Positions 9,251 to 23,800 of a DNA stretch of 64,000 bases are shown piece by piece. The stretch is from contig OZ024745.1 in assembly GCA_964016885.1 (NCBI GenBank), forward strand, positions 496,001 to 560,000, given 5' to 3'. This stretch comes from Eledone cirrhosa. Taxonomy: Eukaryota. The notes under the pieces are model-generated. The model ran no database searches, was not told the origin of the DNA, and saw nothing but the letters and a program-made list of their open reading frames with translations. A program made the translations under genes and the position numbers. Each line of letters begins with the position of its first letter. Position 1 is the stretch's first letter.

Positions 9251-11866
9251 TGTAGTGTTGTCAAATATGGTATTAAGACATATATCTCTAAGTCAATAAC
9301 TGAAATGGTGACATAAATACCAACAGAACTACTAATGAATACTTTAATCAATAAAGTCTGAGCAGAGGAGTAGACATTTACTAAAACATACAACACAGGC
9401 AAGTAAATAATACATTTAACACACACACTAACATTATACTAGAAAACAGAGGACCCTGGTACTGCTGTGCTCTGACTGCCAGTAAAGGACCTGGTACTAT
9501 TGTGGTCTGACTGTCAATAAAGGACCTGGTACTATTGTGGTCTGACTGTCAATAAAGGACCTGGTACTATTGTGCTCTGACTGCCAGTAAAGGACCTGGT
9601 ACTGTTGTGGTCTGACTGTCAGTAAAGGACCTGGTACTATTGTGGTCTGACTGTCAATAAAGGACCTGGTACTATTGTGGTCTGACTGTCAATAAAGGAC
9701 CTGGTACTATTGTGGTCTGACTGTCAATAAAGGACCTGGTACTGTTGTGGTCTGACTGTCAGTAAAGGACCTGGTACTGTTGTGGTCTGACTGTCAGTAA
9801 AGGACCTGGTACTATTGTGGTCTGACTGTCAATAAAGGACCTGGTACCATTGTGGTCTGACAGTCAATAAAGGACCTGGTACTATTGTGGTCTGACTGTC
9901 AATAAAGGACCTGGTACTGTTGTGGTCTGACTGTCAGTAAAGGACCTGGTACTGTTGTGGTCTGACTGCCAGTAAAGGACCTGGTACTGCTGTGGTCTGA
10001 CTGCCAGTAAAGGACCTGGTACTATTGTGGTCTGACTGCCAGTAAAGGACCTGGTACTGCTGTGGTCTGACTGCCAGTAAAGGACCTGGTACTATTGTGG
10101 TCTGACTGTCAATAAAGGACCTGGTACTATTGTGCTCTGACTGTCAATAAAGGACCTGGTACTGTTGTGGTCTGACTGTCAATAAAGGACCTGGTACTAT
10201 TGTGGTCTGACTGTCAATAAAGGACCTGGTACTGGTGTGGTCTGACTGTCAATAAAGGACCTGGTACTATTGTGGTCTGACTGCCAGTAAAGGACCTGGT
10301 ACTATTGTGGTCTGACTGTCAATAAAGGACCTGGTACTATTGTGCTCTGACTGTCAATAAAGGACCTGGTACTGTTGTGGTCTGACTGTCAATAAAGGAC
10401 CTGGTACTATTGTGGTCTGACTGTCAATAAAGGACCTGGTACTGCTGTGGTCTGACTGTCAATAAAGGAGCTGGTACTATTGTGGTCTGACTGTCAGTAA
10501 AGGACCTGGTACTATTGTGGTCTGACTGTCAATAAAGGACCTGGTACTATTGTGGTCTGACTGTCAATAAAGGACCTGGTACTATTGTGGTCTGACTGCC
10601 AGTAAAGGACCTGGTACTGCTGTGGTCTGACTGCCAGTAAAGGACCTGGTACTATTGTGGTCTGACTGTCAATAAAGGACCTGGTACTATTGTGCTTTGA
10701 CTGCCAGTAAAGGACCTGGTACTGCTGTGGTCTGACTGCCAGTAAAGGACCTGGTACTGTTGTGTCTGACTGCCAGTAAAGGACCTGGTACTGCTGTGGT
10801 CTGACTGCCAGTAAAGGACCTGGTACTGTTGTGTCTGACTGCCAGTAAAGGACCTGGTACTGCTGTGGTCTGACTGTCAATAAAGGACCTGGTACTATTG
10901 TGGTCTGACTGTCAATAAAGGACCTGGTACTATTGTGCTCTGACTGCCAGTAAAGGACCTGGTACTGCTGTGGTCTGACTGTCAATAAAGGACCTGGTAC
11001 TATTGTGGTCTGACTGTCAATAAAGGACCTGGTACTATTGTGCTCTGACTGCCAGTAAAGGACCTGGTACTATTGTGGTCTGACTGTCAATAAAGGACCT
11101 GGTACTGCTGTGGTCTGACTGTCAATAAAGTACCTGGTACTGCTGTGGTCTGACTGTCAGTAAAGAACCTGGTACTATTGTGCTCTGACTGCCAGTAAAG
11201 GACCTGGTACTATTGTGGTCTGACTGTCAGTAAAGGACCTGGTACTATTGTGCTCTGACTGTCAATAAAGGACCTGGTACTGTTGTGGTCTGACTGTCAG
11301 TAAAGGACCTGGTACTGTTGTGGTCTGACTGTCAGTAAAGGACCTGGTACTGTTGTGGTCTCACTGTCAGTAAAGGACCTGGTACTGTTGTGGTCTGACT
11401 GTCAATAAAGGACCTGGTACTGTTGTGGTCTGACTGTCAGTAAAGGACCTGTTACTGTTGTGGTCTAACTGCCAGTAAAGGACCTGGTACTGTTGTGGTC
11501 TGACTGTCAATAAAGGACCTGGTACTGTTGTGGTCTGACTGTCAGTAAAGGACCTGGTACTATTGTGGTCTGACTGTCAGTAAAGGACCTGGTACTATTG
11601 TGGTCTGACTGTCAGTAAAGGACCTGGTACTGTTGTGGTCTGACTGTCAATAAAGGACCTGGTACTGTTGTGGACTGACTGCCAGTAAAGGACCTGGTAC
11701 TGTTGTGTCTGACTGTCAATAAAGGACCTGGTACTGTTGTGGTCTGACTGTCAATAAAGGACCTGGTACTATTGTGGTCTGACTGTCAGTAAAGGACCTG
11801 GTACTGCTGTGGTCTGACTGTCAGTAAAGGACCTGGTACTGTTGTGGTCTGACTGTCAGTAAAGGA

Positions 11867-14800
11867 CCTAGTACTATTGTGCTCTGACTGCTAGTAAAGG
11901 ACCTGGTACTGTTGTGGTCTGACTGTCAATAAAGGACCTGTTACTGTTGTGATCTGACTAACAGTAAAGGACCTGGTACTGCTGTGGTCTGACTATCAAT
12001 AAAGGACCTGGTACTGTTGTGGTCTGACTGTCAGTAAAGGACCTAGTACTATTGTGCTCTGACTGCCAGTAAAGGACCTGGTACTGCTGTGGTCTGACTG
12101 TCAATAAAGGACCTGGTACTGTTGTGGTCTGACTGTCAGTAAAGGACCTAGTACTATTGTGCTCTGACTGCCAGTAAAGGACCTGGTACTGCTGTGGTCT
12201 GACTGTTAATAAAGGACCTGGTACTGTTGTGGTCTGACTGTCAGTAAAGGACCTAGTACTATTGTGCTCTGACTGCCAGTAAAGGACCTGGTACTGCTGT
12301 GGTCTGACTGTCAATAAAGGACCTGGTACTGTTGTGGTCTGACTGTCAGTAAAGGACCTAGTACTATTGTGCTCTGACTGCCAGTAAAGGACCTGGTACT
12401 GCTGTCGTCTGACTGTCAATAAAGGACCTGGTACTGTTGTGGTCTGACTGTCAATAAAGGACCTGGTACTGTTGTGGTCTGACTGTCAGTAAAGGACCTG
12501 GTACTGTTGTGCTCTGACTGCCAGTAAAGGACCTGGTACTGTTGTGGTCTGACTGTCAGCAAAGGACCTGGTACTATTGTGCTCTGACTGCCAGTAACGG
12601 ACCTGGTACTGTTGTGGTCTGAATGCCAGTAAAGGACCTGGTACTGCTGTGGTCTGACTGCCAGTAAAGGACCTAGTACTGCTGTGGTCTGACTGTCAGT
12701 AAAGGACCTGGTACTGTTGTGTCTGACTGTCAATAAAGGACCTGGTACAGCTGTGGTCTGACTGCCAGTAAAGGACCTGGTACTGTTGTGTCTGACTGTC
12801 AATAAAGGACCTGGTACTGCTGTGGTCTGACTGCCAGTAAAGGACCTGGTACTGCTGTGGTCTGACTGCCAGTAAAGGACCTGGTACTATTGTGGTCTGA
12901 CTGCCAGTAAAGGACCTGGTACTGTTGTGGTCTGACTGTCAATAAAGGACCTGGTACTGTCGTGTCTGACTGTCAATAAAGGACCTGGTACTGTTGTGGT
13001 CTGACTGTCAATAAAGGACCTGGTACTGTTGTGGTCTGACTGTCAATAAAGGACCTGGTACTGTTGTGGTCTGACTGTCAGTAAAGGACCTGGTACTATT
13101 GTGCTCTGACTGCCAGTAAAGGACCTGGTACTGTTGTGGTCTGACTGTCAATAAAGGACCTGGTACTGTTGTGATCTGACTGCCAGTAAAGGACCTGGTA
13201 CTGCTGTGGTCTGACTATCAATAAAGGACCTGGTACTGTTGTGGTCTGACTGTCAGTAAAGGACCTAGTACTATTGTGCTCTGACTGCCAGTAAAGGACC
13301 TGGTACTGCTGTGGTCTGACTGTCAATAAAGGACCTGGTACTGTTGTGGTCTGACTGTCAGTAAAGGACATAGTACTATTGTGCTCTGACTGCAAGTAAA
13401 GGACCTGGTACTGCTGTGGTCTGACTGTCAATAAAGGACCTGGTACTGTTGTGGTCTGACTGTCAGTAAAGGACCTAGTACTATTGTGCTCTGACTGCCA
13501 GTAAAGGACCTGGTACTGCTGTGGTCTGACTGTCAATAAAGGACCTGGTACTGTTGTGGTCTGACTGTCAGTAAAGGACCTAGTACTATTGTGCTCTGAC
13601 TGCCAGTAAAGGACCTGGTACTGCTGTCGTCTGACTGTCAATAAAGGACCTGGTACTGTTGTGGTCTGACTGTCAATAAAGGACCTGGTACTGTTGTGGT
13701 CTGACTGTCAGTAAAGGACCTGGTACTGTTGTGCTCTGACTGCCAGTAAAGGACCTGGTACTGTTGTGGTCTGACTGTCAGTAAAGGACCTGGTACTATT
13801 GTGCTCTGACTGCCAGTAACGGACCTGGTACTGTTGTGGTCTGACTGTCAATAAAGGACCTGGTACTGTTGTGGTCTGACTGCCAGTAAAGGACCTGGTA
13901 CTGCTGTGGTCTGACTGCCAGTAAAGGACCTGGTACTGCTGTGGTCTGACTGCCAGTAAAGGACCTAGTACTGCTGTGGTCTGACTGTCAGTAAAGGACC
14001 TGGTACTGTTGTGTCTGACTGTCAATAAAGGACCTGGTACTGCTGTGGTCTGACTGCCAGTAAAGGACCTGGTACTGTTGTGTCTGACTGTCAATAAAGG
14101 ACCTGGTACTGCTGTGGTCTGACTGCCAGTAAAGGACCTGGTACTGCTGTGGTCTGACTGCCAGTAAAGGACCTGGTACTATTGTGGTCTGACTGTCAAT
14201 AAAGGACATAGTACTATTGTGGTCTGACTGCCAGTAAAGGACCTGGTACTGTTGTGGTCTGACTGTCAATAAAGGACCTGGTACTGTTGTGTCTGACTGT
14301 CAGTAAAGGACCAGGTACTATTGTGGTCTGACTGTCAATAAAGGACCTGGTACTGTTGTGGTCTGACTGTCAATTAAGGACCTGGTACTATTGTGGTCTG
14401 ACTGTCAATAAAGGACCTGGTACTGTTGTGTCTGACTGTCAGTAAAGAACCTGGTACTGTTGTGTCTGACTCTCAATAAAGGACCTGGTACTATTGTGGT
14501 CTGACTGTCAATAAAGGACCTGGTACTGTTGTGTCTGACTGTCAATAAAGGACCTGGTACTATTGTGGTCTGACTGCCAGTAAAGGACCTGGTACTGTTG
14601 TGTCTGACTGTCAATAAAGGACCTGGTACTGTTGTGTCTGACTGTCAATAAAGGACCTGGTACTGCTGTGGTCTGACTGTCAATAAAGGACCTGGTACTG
14701 TTGTGGTCTGACTGTCAATAAAGGACCTGGTACTGTTGTGTCTGACTGCCAGTAAAGGACCTGGTACTGTTGTGTCTGACTGTCGATAAAGGACCTGGTA

Positions 14801-17800
14801 CTATTGTGGTCTGACTGCCAGTAAAGGACCTGGTACTGCTGTGGTATGACTGTCAGTAAAGGACCTGGTACTGTTGTGTCTGACTGTCAGTAAAGGACCT
14901 GGTACTATTGTGCTCTGACTGCCAGTAAAGGACCTGGTACTGCTGTGCTCTGACTGCCAGTAAAGGACCTGGTACTGTTGTGTCTGACTGTCAATAAAGG
15001 ACTTGGTACTGTTGTGTCTGACTGCCAGTAAAGGACCTGGTACTGCTGTGGTCTGACTGTCAATAAAGGACCTGGTACTGTTGTGGTCTGACTGCCAGTA
15101 AATGACCTGGTACTGTTGTGGTCTGACTGTCAGTAAAGGACCTGGTACTGCTGTGCTCTGACGGTCAGTAAAGGACCTGGTACTGTTGTGGTCTGACTGT
15201 CAGTAACGGACCTGGTACTATTGTGGTCTGACTGTCAATAAAGGACCTGGTACTGCTGTGGTCTGACTGTCAATAAAGGACCTGGTACTGTTGTGGTCTG
15301 ACTGTCAATAAAGGACCTGGTACTGCTGTGGTCTGCCTGCCAGTAAAGGACCTGGTACTGTTGTGTCTGACTGCCAGTAAAGGACCTGGTACTGTTGTGG
15401 TCTGACTGTCAATAAAGGACCTGGTACTGTTGTGGTCTGACTGCCAGTAAAGGACCTGGTACTGTTGTGGTCTGACTGTCAGTAAAGGACCTGGTACTGC
15501 TGTGCTCTGACGGTCAGTAAAGGACCTGGTACTGTTGTGGTCTGACTGTCAGTAAAGGACCTGGTACTGTTGTGGTCTGACTGTCAATAAAGGACCTGGT
15601 ACTGCTGTGGTCTGACTGTCAATAAAGGACCTGGTACTGTTGTGGTCTGACTGTCAATAAAGGACCTGGTACTGCTGTGGTCTGACTGCCAGTAAAGGAC
15701 CTGGTACTGTTGTGGTCTGACTGCCAGTAAAGGACCTGGTACTGTTGTGTCTGACTGTCAATAAAGGACCTGGTACTGTTGTGGTCTGACTGTCAATAAA
15801 GGACCTGGTACTATTGTGGTCTGACTGTCAGTAAAGGACCTGGTACTGCTGTGGTCTGACTGTCAGTAAAGGACCTGGTACTGTTGTGGTCTGACTGTCA
15901 ATAAAGGACCTGGTACTGTTGTGGTCTGACTGCCAGTAAAGGACCTGGTACTGTTGTGTCTGACTGTCAATAAAGGACCTGGTACTGTTGTGTCTGACTG
16001 TCAATAAAGGACCTGGTACTGTTGTGGTCTGACTGTCAGTAAAGGACCTAGTACTATTGTGCTCTGACTGCTAGTAAAGGACCTGGTACTGTTGTGGTCT
16101 GACTGTCAATAAAGGACCTGTTACTGTTGTGATCTGACTGCCAGTAAAGGACCTGGTACTGCTGTGGTCTGACTATCAATAAAGGACCTGGTACTGTTGT
16201 GGTCTGACTGTCAGTAAAGGACCTAGTACTATTGTGCTCTGACTGCCAGTAAAGGACCTGGTACTGCTGTGGTCTGACTGTCAATAAAGGACCTGGTACT
16301 GTTGTGGTCTGACTGTCAGTAAAGGACCTAGTACTATTGTGCTCTGACTGCCAGTAAAGGACCTGGTACTGCTGTGGTCTGACTGTTAATAAAGGACCTG
16401 GTACTGTTGTGGTCTGACTGTCAGTAAAGGACCTAGTACTATTGTGCTCTGACTGCCAGTAAAGGACCTGGTACTGCTGTGGTCTGACTGTCAATAAAGG
16501 ACCTGGTACTGTTGTGGTCTGACTGTCAGTAAAGGACCTAGTACTATTGTGCTCTGACTGCCAGTAAAGGACCTGGTACTGCTGTCGTCTGACTGTCAAT
16601 AAAGGACCTGGTACTGTTGTGGTCTGACTGTCAATAAAGGACCTGGTACTGTTGTGGTCTGACTGTCAGTAAAGGACCTGGTACTGTTGTGCTCTGACTG
16701 CCAGTAAAGGACCTGGTACTGTTGTGGTCTGACTGTCAGCAAAGGACCTGGTACTATTGTGCTCTGACTGCCAGTAACGGACCTGGTACTGTTGTGGTCT
16801 GACTGCCAGTAAAGGACCTGGTACTGCTGTAGTCTGACTGCCAGTAAAGGACCTAGTACTGCTGTGGTCTGACTGTCAGTAAAGGACCTGGTACTGTTGT
16901 GTCTGACTGTCAATAAAGGACCTGGTACAGCTGTGGTCTGACTGCCAGTAAAGGACCTGGTACTGTTGTGTCTGACTGTCAATAAAGGACCTGGTACTGC
17001 TGTGGTCTGACTGCCAGTAAAGGACCTGGTACTGCTGTGGTCTGACTGCCAGTAAAGGACCTGGTACTATTGTGGTCTGACTGCCAGTAAAGGACCTGGT
17101 ACTGTTGTGGTCTGACTGTCAATAAAGGACCTGGTACTGTCGTGTCTGACTGTCAATAAAGGACCTGGTACTGTTGTGGTCTGACTGTCAATAAAGGACC
17201 TGGTACTGTTGTGGTCTGACTGTCAATAAAGGACCTGGTACTGTTGTGGTCTGACTGTCAGTAAAGGACCTAGTACTATTGTGCTCTGACTGCCAGTAAA
17301 GGACCTGGTACTGTTGTGGTCTGACTGTCAATAAAGGACCTGGTACTGTTGTGATCTGACTGCCAGTAAAGGACCTGGTACTGCTGTGGTCTGACTATCA
17401 ATAAAGGACCTGGTACTGTTGTGGTCTGACTGTCAGTAAAGGACCTAGTACTATTGTGCTCTGACTGCCAGTAAAGGACCTGGTACTGCTGTGGTCTGAC
17501 TGTCAATAAAGGACCTGGTACTGTTGTGGTCTGACTGTCAGTAAAGGACCTAGTACTATTGTGCTCTGACTGCCAGTAAAGGACCTGGTACTGCTGTGGT
17601 CTGACTGTCAATAAAGGACCTGGTACTGTTGTGGTCTGACTGTCAGTAAAGGACCTAGTACTATTGTGCTCTGACTGCCAGTAAAGGACCTGGTACTGCT
17701 GTCGTCTGACTGTCAATAAAGGACCTGGTACTGTTGTGGTCTGACTGTCAATAAAGGACCTGGTACTGTTGTGGTCTGACTGTCAGTAAAGGACCTGGTA

Positions 17801-20800
17801 CTGTTGTGCTCTGACTGCCAGTAAAGGACCTGGTACTGTTGTGGTCTGACTGTCAGTAAAGGACCTGGTACTATTGTGCTCTGACTGCCAGTAACGGACC
17901 TGGTACTGTTGTGGTCTGACTGTCAATAAAGGACCTGGTACTGTTGTGGTCTGACTGCCAGTAAAGGACCTGGTACTGCTGTGGTCTGACTGCCAGTAAA
18001 GGACCTGGTACTGCTGTGGTCTGACTGCCAGTAAAGGACCTAGTACTGCTGTGGTCTGACTGTCAGTAAAGGACCTGGTACTGTTGTGTCTGACTGTCAA
18101 TAAAGGACCTGGTACTGCTGTGGTCTGACTGCCAGTAAAGGACCTGGTACTGTTGTGTCTGACTGTCAATAAAGGACCTGGTACTGCTGTGGTCTGACTG
18201 CCAGTAAAGGACCTGGTACTGCTGTGGTCTGACTGCCAGTAAAGGACCTGGTACTATTGTGGTCTGACTGTCAATAAAGGACCTAGTACTATTGTGGTCT
18301 GACTGCCAGTAAAGGACCTGGTACTGTTGTGGTCTGACTGTCAATAAAGGACCTGGTACTGTTGTGTCTGTCTGTCAGTAAAGGACCAGGTACTATTGTG
18401 GTCTGACTGTCAATAAAGGACCTGGTACTGTTGTGGTCTGACTGTCAATAAAGGACCTGGTACTATTGTGGTCTGACTGTCAATAAAGGACCTGGTACTG
18501 TTGTGTCTGACTGTCAGTAAAGGACCTGGTACTGTTGTGTCTGACTCTCAATAAAGGACCTGGTACTATTGTGGTCTGACTGTCAATAAAGGACCTGGTA
18601 CTGTTGTGTCTGACTGTCAATAAAGGACCTGGTACTATTGTTGTCTGACTGCCAGTAAAGGACCTGGTCCTGTTGTGTCTGACTGTCAATAAAGGACCTG
18701 GTACTATTGTGTCTGACTGTCAATAAAGAACCTGGTACTGCTGTGGTCTGACTGTCAATAAAGGACCTGGTACTGTTGTGGTCTGACTGTCAATAAAGGA
18801 CCTGGTACTGTTGTGTCTGACTGCCAGTAAAGGACCTGGTACTGTTGTGTCTGACTGTCAATAAAGGACCTGGTACTATTGTGGTCTGACTGCCAGTAAA
18901 GGACCTGGTACTGCTGTGGTCTGACTGTCAGTAAAGGACCTGGTACTGTTGTGTCTGACTGTCAGTAAAGGACCTGGTACTATTGTGCTCTGACTGCCAG
19001 TAAAGGACCTGGTACTGCTGTGCTCTGACTGCCAGTAAAGGACCTGGTACTGTTGTGTCTGACTGTCAATAAAGGACTTGGTACTGTTGTGTCTGACTGC
19101 CAGTAAAGGACCTGGTACTGCTGTGGTCTGACTGTCAATAAAGGACCTGGTACTGTTGTGGTCTGACTGCCAGTAAATGACCTGGTACTGTTGTGGTCTG
19201 ACTGTCAGTAAAGGACCTGGTACTGCTGTGCTCTGACGGTCAGTAAAGGACCTGGTACTGTTGTGGTCTGACTGTCAGTAACGGACCTGGTACTATTGTG
19301 GTCTGACTGTCAATAAAGGACCTGGTACTGCTGTGGTCTGACTGTCAATAAAGGACCTGGTACTGTTGTGGTCTGACTGTCAATAAAGGACCTGGTACTG
19401 CTGTGGTCTGCCTGCCAGTAAAGGACCTGGTACTGTTGTGTCTGACTGCCAGTAAAGGACCTGGTACTGTTGTGGTCTGACTGTCAATAAAGGACCTGGT
19501 ACTGTTGTGGTCTGACTGCCAGTAAAGGACCTGGTACTGTTGTGGTCTGACTGTCAGTAAAGGACCTGGTACTGCTGTGCTCTGACGGTCAGTAAAGGAC
19601 CTGGTACTGTTGTGGTCTGACTGTCAGTAAAGGACCTGATACTGTTGTGGTCTGACTGTCAATAAAGGACCTGGTACTGCTGTGGTCTGACTGTCAATAA
19701 AGGACCTGGTACTGTTGTGGTCTGACTGTCAATAAAGGACCTGGTACTGCTGTGGTCTGACTGCCAGTAAAGGACCTGGTACTGTTGTGGTCTGACTGTC
19801 AATAAAGGACCTGGTACTGCTGTGCTCTGACGGTCAGTAAAGGACCTGGTACTGTTGTGGTCTGACTGTCAATAAAGGACCTGGTACTGTTGTGGTCTGA
19901 CTGTCAATAAAGGACCTGGTACTATTGTGGTCTGACTGTCAGTAAAGGACCTGGTACTGCTGTGGTCTGACTGTCAGTAAAGGACCTGGTACTGTTGTGG
20001 TCTGACTGTCAATAAAGGACCTGGTACTGTTGTGGTCTGACTGCCAGTAAAGGACCTGGTACTGTTGTGTCTGACTGTCAATAAAGGACCTGGTACTGTT
20101 GTGTCTGACTGTCAATAAAGGACCTGGTACTGTTGTGGTCTGACTGTCAGTAAAGGACCTAGTACTATTGTGCTCTGACTGCTAGTAAAGGACCTGGTAC
20201 TGTTGTGGTCTGACTGTCAATAAAGGACCTGTTACTGTTGTGATCTGACTGCCAGTAAAGGACCTGGTACTGCTGTGGTTTGACTATCAATAAAGGACCT
20301 GGTACTGTTGTGGTCTGACTGTCAGTAAAGGACCTAGTACTATTGTGCTCTGACTGCCAGTAAAGGACCTGGTACTGCTGTGGTCTGACTGTCAATAAAG
20401 GACCTGGTACTGTTGTGGTCTGACTGTCAGTAAAGGACCTAGTACTATTGTGCTCTGACTGCCAGTAAAGGACCTGGTACTGCTGTGGTCTGACTGTTAA
20501 TAAAGGACCTGGTACTGTTGTGGTCTGACTGTCAGTAAAGGACCTAGTACTATTGTGCTCTGACTGCCAGTAAAGGACCTGGTACTGCTGTGGTCTGACT
20601 GTCAATAAAGGACCTGGTACTGTTGTGGTCTGACTGTCAGTAAAGGACCTAGTACTATTGTGCTCTGACTGCCAGTAAAGGACCTGGTACTGCTGTCGTC
20701 TGACTGTCAATAAAGGACCTGGTACTGTTGTGGTCTGACTGTCAGTAAAGGACCTAGTACTATTGTGCTCTGACTGCCAGTAAAGGACCTGGTACTGTTG

Positions 20801-23800
20801 TGGTCTGACTGTCAATAAAGGACCTGGTACTGTTGTGATCTGACTGCCAGTAAAGGACCTGGTACTGCTGTGGTCTGACTATCAATAAAGGACCTGGTAC
20901 TGTTGTGGTCTGACTGTCAGTAAAGGACCTAGTACTATTGTGCTCTGACTGCCAGTAAAGGACCTGGTACTGCTGTGGTCTGACTGTCAATAAAGTACCT
21001 GGTACTGTTGTGGTCTGACTGTCAGTAAAGGACCTAGTACTATTGTGCTCTGACTGCAAGTAAAGGACCTGGTACTGCTGTGGTCTGACTGTCAATAAAG
21101 GACCTGGTACTGTTGTGGTCTGACTGTCAGTAAAGGACCTAGTACTATTGTGCTCTGACTGCCAGTAAAGGACCTGGTACTGCTGTGGTCTGACTGTCAA
21201 TAAAGGACCTGGTACTGTTGTGGTCTGACTGTATGTAAAGGACCTAGTACTATTGTGCTCTGACTGCCAGTAAAGGACCTGGTACTGCTGTCGTCTGACT
21301 GTCAATAAAGGACCTGGTACTGTTGTGGTCTGACTGTCAATAAAGGACCTGGTACTGTTGTGGTCTGACTGTCAGTAAAGGACCTGGTACTGTTGTGCTC
21401 TGACTGCCAGTAAAGGACCTGGTACTGTTGTGGTCTGACTGTCAGCAAAGGACCTGGTACTATTGTGCTCTGACTGCCAGTAACGGACCTGGTACTGTTG
21501 TGGTCTGACTGCCAGTAAAGGACCTGGTACTGCTGTGGTCTGACTGCCAGTAAAGGACCTAGTACTGCTGTGGTCTGACTGTCAGTAAAGGACCTGGTAC
21601 TGTTGTGTCTGACTGTCAATAAAGGACCTGGTACAGCTGTGGTCTGACTGCCAGTAAAGGACCTGGTACTGTTGTGTCTGACTGTCAATAAAGGACCTGG
21701 TACTGCTGTGGTCTGACTGCCAGTAAAGGACCTGGTACTGCTGTGGTCTGACTGCCAGTAAAGGACCTGGTACTATTGTGGTCTGACTGCCAGTAAAGGA
21801 CCTGGTACTGTTGTGGTCTGACTGTCAATAAAGGACCTGGTACTGTCGTGTCTGACTGTCAATAAAGGACCTGGTACTGTTGTGGTCTGACTGTCAATAA
21901 AGGACCTGGTACTGTTGTGGTCTGACTGTCAATAAAGGACCTGGTACTGTTGTGGTCTGACTGTCAGTAAAGGACCTAGTACTATTGTGCTCTGACTGCC
22001 AGTAAAGGACCTGGTACTGTTGTGGTCTGACTGTCAATAAAGGACCTGGTACTGCTGTGGTCTGACTATCAATAAAGGACCTGGTACTGTTGTGGTCTGA
22101 CTGTCAGTAAAGGACCTAATACTATTGTGCTCTGACTGCCAGTAAAGGACCTGGTACTGCTGTGGTCTGACTGTCAATAAAGGACCTGGTACTGTTGTGG
22201 TCTGACTGTCAGTAAAGGACCTAGTACTATTGTGCTCTGACTGCAAGTAAAGGACCTGGTACTGCTGTGGTCTGACTGTCAATAAAGGACCTGGTACTGT
22301 TGTGGTCTGACTGTCAGTAAAGGACTTAGTACTATTGTGCTCTGACTGCCAGTAAAGGACCTGGTACTGCTGTGGTCTGACTGTCAATAAAGGACCTGGT
22401 ACTGTTGTGGTCTGACTGTCAGTAAAGGACCTAGTACTATTGTGCTCTGACTGCCAGTAAAGGACCTGGTACTGCTGTCGTCTGACTGTCAATAAAGGAC
22501 CTGGTACTGTTGTTATCTGACTGTCAATAAAGGACCTGGTACTGTTGTGGTCTGACTGTCAGTAAAGGACCTGGTACTGTTGTGCTCTGACTGCCAGTAA
22601 AGGACCTGGTACTGTTGTGGTCTGACTGTCAGTAAAGGACCTGGTACTATTGTGCTCTGACTGCCAGTAACGGACCTGGTACTGTTGTGGTCTGACTGTC
22701 AATAAAGGACCTGGTACTGTTGTGGTCTGACTGCCAGTAAAGGACCTGGTACTGCTGTGGTCTGACTGCCAGTAAAGGACCTGGTACTGCTGTGGTCTGA
22801 CTGCCAGTAAAGGACCTAGTACTGCTGTGGTCTGACTGTCAGTAAAGGACCTGGTACTGTTGTGTCTGACTGTCAATAAAGGACCTGGTACTGCTGTGGT
22901 CTGACTGCCAGTAAAGGACCTGGTACTGTTGTGTCTGACTGTCAATAAAGGACCTGGTACTGCTGTGGTCTGACTGCCAGTAAAGGACCTGGTACTGCTG
23001 TGGTCTGACTGCCAGTAAAGGACCTAGTACTATTGTGGTCTGACTGCCAGTAAAGGACCTGGTACTGTTGTGGTCTGACTGTCAATAAAGGACCTGGTAC
23101 TGTTGTGTCTGACTGTCAGTAAAGGACCAGGTACTATTGTGGTCTGACTGTCTATAAAGGACCTGGTACTGTTGTGGTCTGACTGTCAATAAAGGACCTG
23201 GTACTATTGTGGTCTGACTGTCAATAAAGGACCTGGTACTGTTGTGTCTGACTGTCAGTAAAGGACCTGGTACTGTTGTGTCTGACTCTCAATAAAGGAC
23301 CTGGTACTATTGTGGTCTGACTGTCAATAAAGGACCTGGTACTGTTGTGTCTGACTGTCAATAAAGGACCTGGTACTATTGTGGTCTGACTGCCAGTAAA
23401 GGACCTGGTACTGTTGTGTCTGACTGTCAATAAAGGACCTGGTACTGTTGTGTCTGACTGTCAATAAAGGACCTGGTACTGCTGTGGTCTGACTGTCAAT
23501 AAAGGACCTGGTACTGTTGTGGTCTGACTGTCAATAAAGGACCTGGTACTGTTGTGTCTGACTGCCAGTAAAGGACCTGGTACTGTTGTGTCTGACTGTC
23601 AATAAAGGACCTGGTACTATTGTGGTCTGACTGCCAGTAAAGGACCTGGTACTGCTGTGGTCTGACTGTCAGTAAAGGACCTGGTACTGTTGTGTCTGAC
23701 TGTCAGTAAAGGACCTGGTACTATTGTGCTCTGACTGCCAGTAAAGGACCTGGTACTGCTGTGCTCTGACTGCCAGTAAAGGACCTGGTACTGTTGTGTC

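Noticed and set aside
5300-9426. Short ORFs over (GA)n, (TA)n, CT-rich and SINE sequence (5300, 5623, 5654, 8552, 8716, 8938, 8943, 9154)
   Set aside because: Low-complexity or repeat-derived translations with no domain features.
8945-9470. CTGGTACT shared by the SINE core and the 35-bp monomer
   Set aside because: Only 8 bp and the flanks do not align.
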